A stretch of DNA of 37,623 bases from Catajapyx aquilonaris (Eukaryota): positions 1-37,623 of the forward strand of contig KZ538983.1 of the NCBI GenBank assembly GCA_000934665.2, read 5' to 3'. The notes beneath the pieces were generated by a model. It saw only the letters and a program-made list of their open reading frames with translations. It made no database searches and was not told the origin of the DNA. A program made the position numbers and the translations under genes. The stretch's first letter is position 1. Every line of letters starts with the position of its first letter. Positions 35,291 to 37,623 of this stretch are shown piece after piece.

Positions 35291-35394
35291 TACCATATGT
35301 GTATGGAGTAATGGATAATTATACCATATGTGTATGGAGCAATGGAGGATTGGAGGTACCATATGTGTGTGGAGTAATGTAGATACCATATGTG
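35291..35394. repeat. Minisatellite, ~27-35-nt units with core TACCATATGTGTATGGAG(T/C)AATG
   Basis: Units start at 35291, 35322, 35357 and 35384. Confidence 0.85.
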
Positions 35395-36228
35395 CATGCA
35401 GATTGCATGAGTATCAGGTATACCTTGTTTGCCAATTCTTTCAGCATCAGGATGCATGACTGGATTTATTACGGTTTTTCAGAGTGTTGTTAGGACCTGT
35501 GTTTTCTGACCTGGTAGGCCCAGAAAATTCAGTTGCGTGTTTTTTTTGTATGATTTATTTTGAGACCTGTGTTAAAATATTGTCGAATTCAATAAATGAT
35601 ATTACCCACTGAAGTAGGTTGTGTATTGAATCAGTAAGTGCTTTATAAACAACAAAACGAGCATAATATGAGACTGCGGTATACATGCAGGCGATACTGT
35701 CTGGGGTTTTTTTTTTTGTTGTTGTTGTAAATGGCTATAGCTGCCCTTGCGCACTGGCAAGGCGGTATGACGCCAGCAACTGCTGCACACAGCCCGTCAC
35801 CCAAGACGAGGCATCGCAAAGGGCAAATACAGTAAACTTCTATAAGTCGAACTTCCCTAAGTCGAAGTTCTCTGTTAGTCGAAGAAAAATGATGAGCTTG
35901 GTTGACCCAATGTACAGGGTGTTCCAGAGTTGATGACTCACTCTTTGAAACGCAATTACTTTCGAACGGAATAACATATTTATTTAAAGTACGCGCCAAA
36001 CCAGCAAGGGAGGGTGCGAAAAATCTTCCATGTAGGTGGTGCCACTAAGCAATACTCAGGTCTTGCAACAAAAATGGCCGAAGCAAGACTGTCGTTAGAG
36101 AAACGTGTCCAGTATTCAGTGACAAAAATGCTACAGAAGTGTGCCGTCAAATGGCAAACCTTTTCAGTGGACCTGCTCCTACCCTGGCCTTTATAACCAA
36201 AAGTCTGTACAGTTATAGTCGAGGCTGT

Positions 36229-36760
36229 TATATCCGGATTCAACTGTAATAAGTAGGCCCCTACAATCCGTTCACCCCAGAGCAGCGGGGTGACATTTCG
36301 CTAACAATATGGCGAGGTGTAAATAAGAATTGAACATTGCTAGTTGATGGAATCATGAACAAATGAAGTATTTGACGGAAAAAAATTTGTGAAAAAAATC
36401 ACAACTTAATTCCTGCAGCACGTGGAACTGCGAGGTTTTGAACATAGATCCGCACCATCCTACTGCGCCTTCGGCCCTTTGATGAATAAACCTAATTACG
36501 AATAGATATTGAGCAAAAAAAATAGAAACGTATTTCTTATTGGTTTTTTAATTTTTTGCGGCGTTTTGAAGAGGAATTGGGTTTAGCTGCAACTGGTAGG
36601 AATGCACTTCACGACGGTGGGCATCTGTGTTCAAAATTTGGAAACCCTACATGCAGCTGAATTTGAGTTAGGGCGAATAGAACAAGCGTAACAAGAAGAA
36701 CAAGAAGATGTTGAAAAAATTCATTGTTGAAAATTGTTGTACGGTCTTATACTTAGGGGC
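36229..36760 (-). repeat. Interspersed repeat family A, copy 3 (inverted)
   Basis: TATATCCGGATTCAAC...ACTTAGGGGC is the reverse complement of 20500-21050. Confidence 0.9.
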
Positions 36761-37530
36761 TATCGCCACTATTTCGATATTTTTTGACTTTTTGCAAACA
36801 ATAATGCAGATTATTATGCACCTACGACTTTTTGTGAAAATACAGTAATTATTATATCTTTACCAAGATGGTTGTTTAAGCCTAATTTTAAGGCTGTATG
36901 ACCACAAATTCCTCAAAGAGATCATGACATCATGTCCTCATGCGACAGCCGCAAAAATGTCGCGAAAACTAAAAATTTGAATAGTCGAAAATCTATAGCA
37001 TCCAGAGAAAAACTAACAGCAGATTTGGATTCAGCACACTCGAATTAGGCAAGAATAATACGTAAGTGCTGGCATCAATATGCAACTTTTTGGCCTGTGG
37101 AATCCACGAGTGTGCCTGCCACACGGATTGCCCCTCCTATCCACCTACTTCCTCCCTTTTATTCCCGAGGTCAAGAGTCACCTGGCAGTGAAGAGACGGC
37201 CTGCGGACAGAAGCGCTCGGCTGTCTGTATCTGTCTCCTTCCGATCCTATCGAGTTGCAGGCCGGCCGGCGCGGCGGGAGCTCGAGTGGTCCAATGATCA
37301 GCTGCGGCGCGGGGGTCGGCGTGTGCACACCGGGTGATGATTGTGATGATAGGGGAGGGGAATGAGTCTCGACAATGTGCCAATCCACAGATATACCCAC
37401 GATCTGCACACGAGCCCTTTATTATCGAAGGGGAGGGACCATGGACGGAGGGCGGTGTGGCGTAATTGTGAAATTGCAAGTCCCTCCGCCGTCGTCACCG
37501 CCTTCTACACTATATAGAGTAAAACTTATA

Positions 37531-37623
37531 CAGGGTGTATCAAAACTCTACCATAAGCCATGTACCAATGGCATAAGGGGCACCAGAGCATCATTTTATG
37601 TAGAGGGGTCATCATGTCTAGGC
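37531..37623. mobile_element. Probable left end of a Tc1/mariner-type MITE
   Basis: TA-CAGGGTGTATCAAAA terminus; runs off the window. Confidence 0.4.

Noticed and set aside
35291..35394. CRISPR-like repeats with variable spacers
   Set aside because: The variable parts are only ~3-11 nt, there are about 3.5 units, no cas genes and a eukaryotic context; it is an ordinary minisatellite.

Overview
This is eukaryotic, intron-rich genomic DNA, most likely from an arthropod and probably an insect (inferred from protein motifs and SINE types). Four spliced protein-coding genes can be rebuilt with consistent intron phases. (1) A SAM-less SAMHD1-like HD-domain dNTPase (minus, ATG ~5080; 3' end unresolved near the window start). 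(2) A CFAP418/C8orf37 ciliary protein (plus, 5529-9854), head-to-head with it across a ~450 bp bidirectional promoter. (3) eIF6 (minus, 14358-17471, 245 aa). (4) A eukaryotic glutathione synthetase (minus, 19766-31085, 504 aa). Introns and intergenic DNA are dense with non-autonomous DNA transposons (hAT, PIF/Harbinger, Tc1/pogo, Sola-like, Kolobok-like, piggyBac-like), tRNA-derived SINEs and a decayed RTE-type LINE, and several are nested with readable TSDs. The most interesting signal is the glutathione synthetase: its ATP-binding motifs are intact, but all three substrate-contacting segments are altered, including the A-loop (GGVAAG to GGLVCG) that sets glycine versus beta-alanine specificity in plant homoglutathione synthetases. 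It also carries a Cys-rich insert and tail. Other notable items are a probable GC-AG intron, NAGNAG acceptors, a TCT-type eIF6 start and a perfect 53-bp palindromic micro-element with an 8-bp TSD. All family assignments are from memory of motifs, not database searches.
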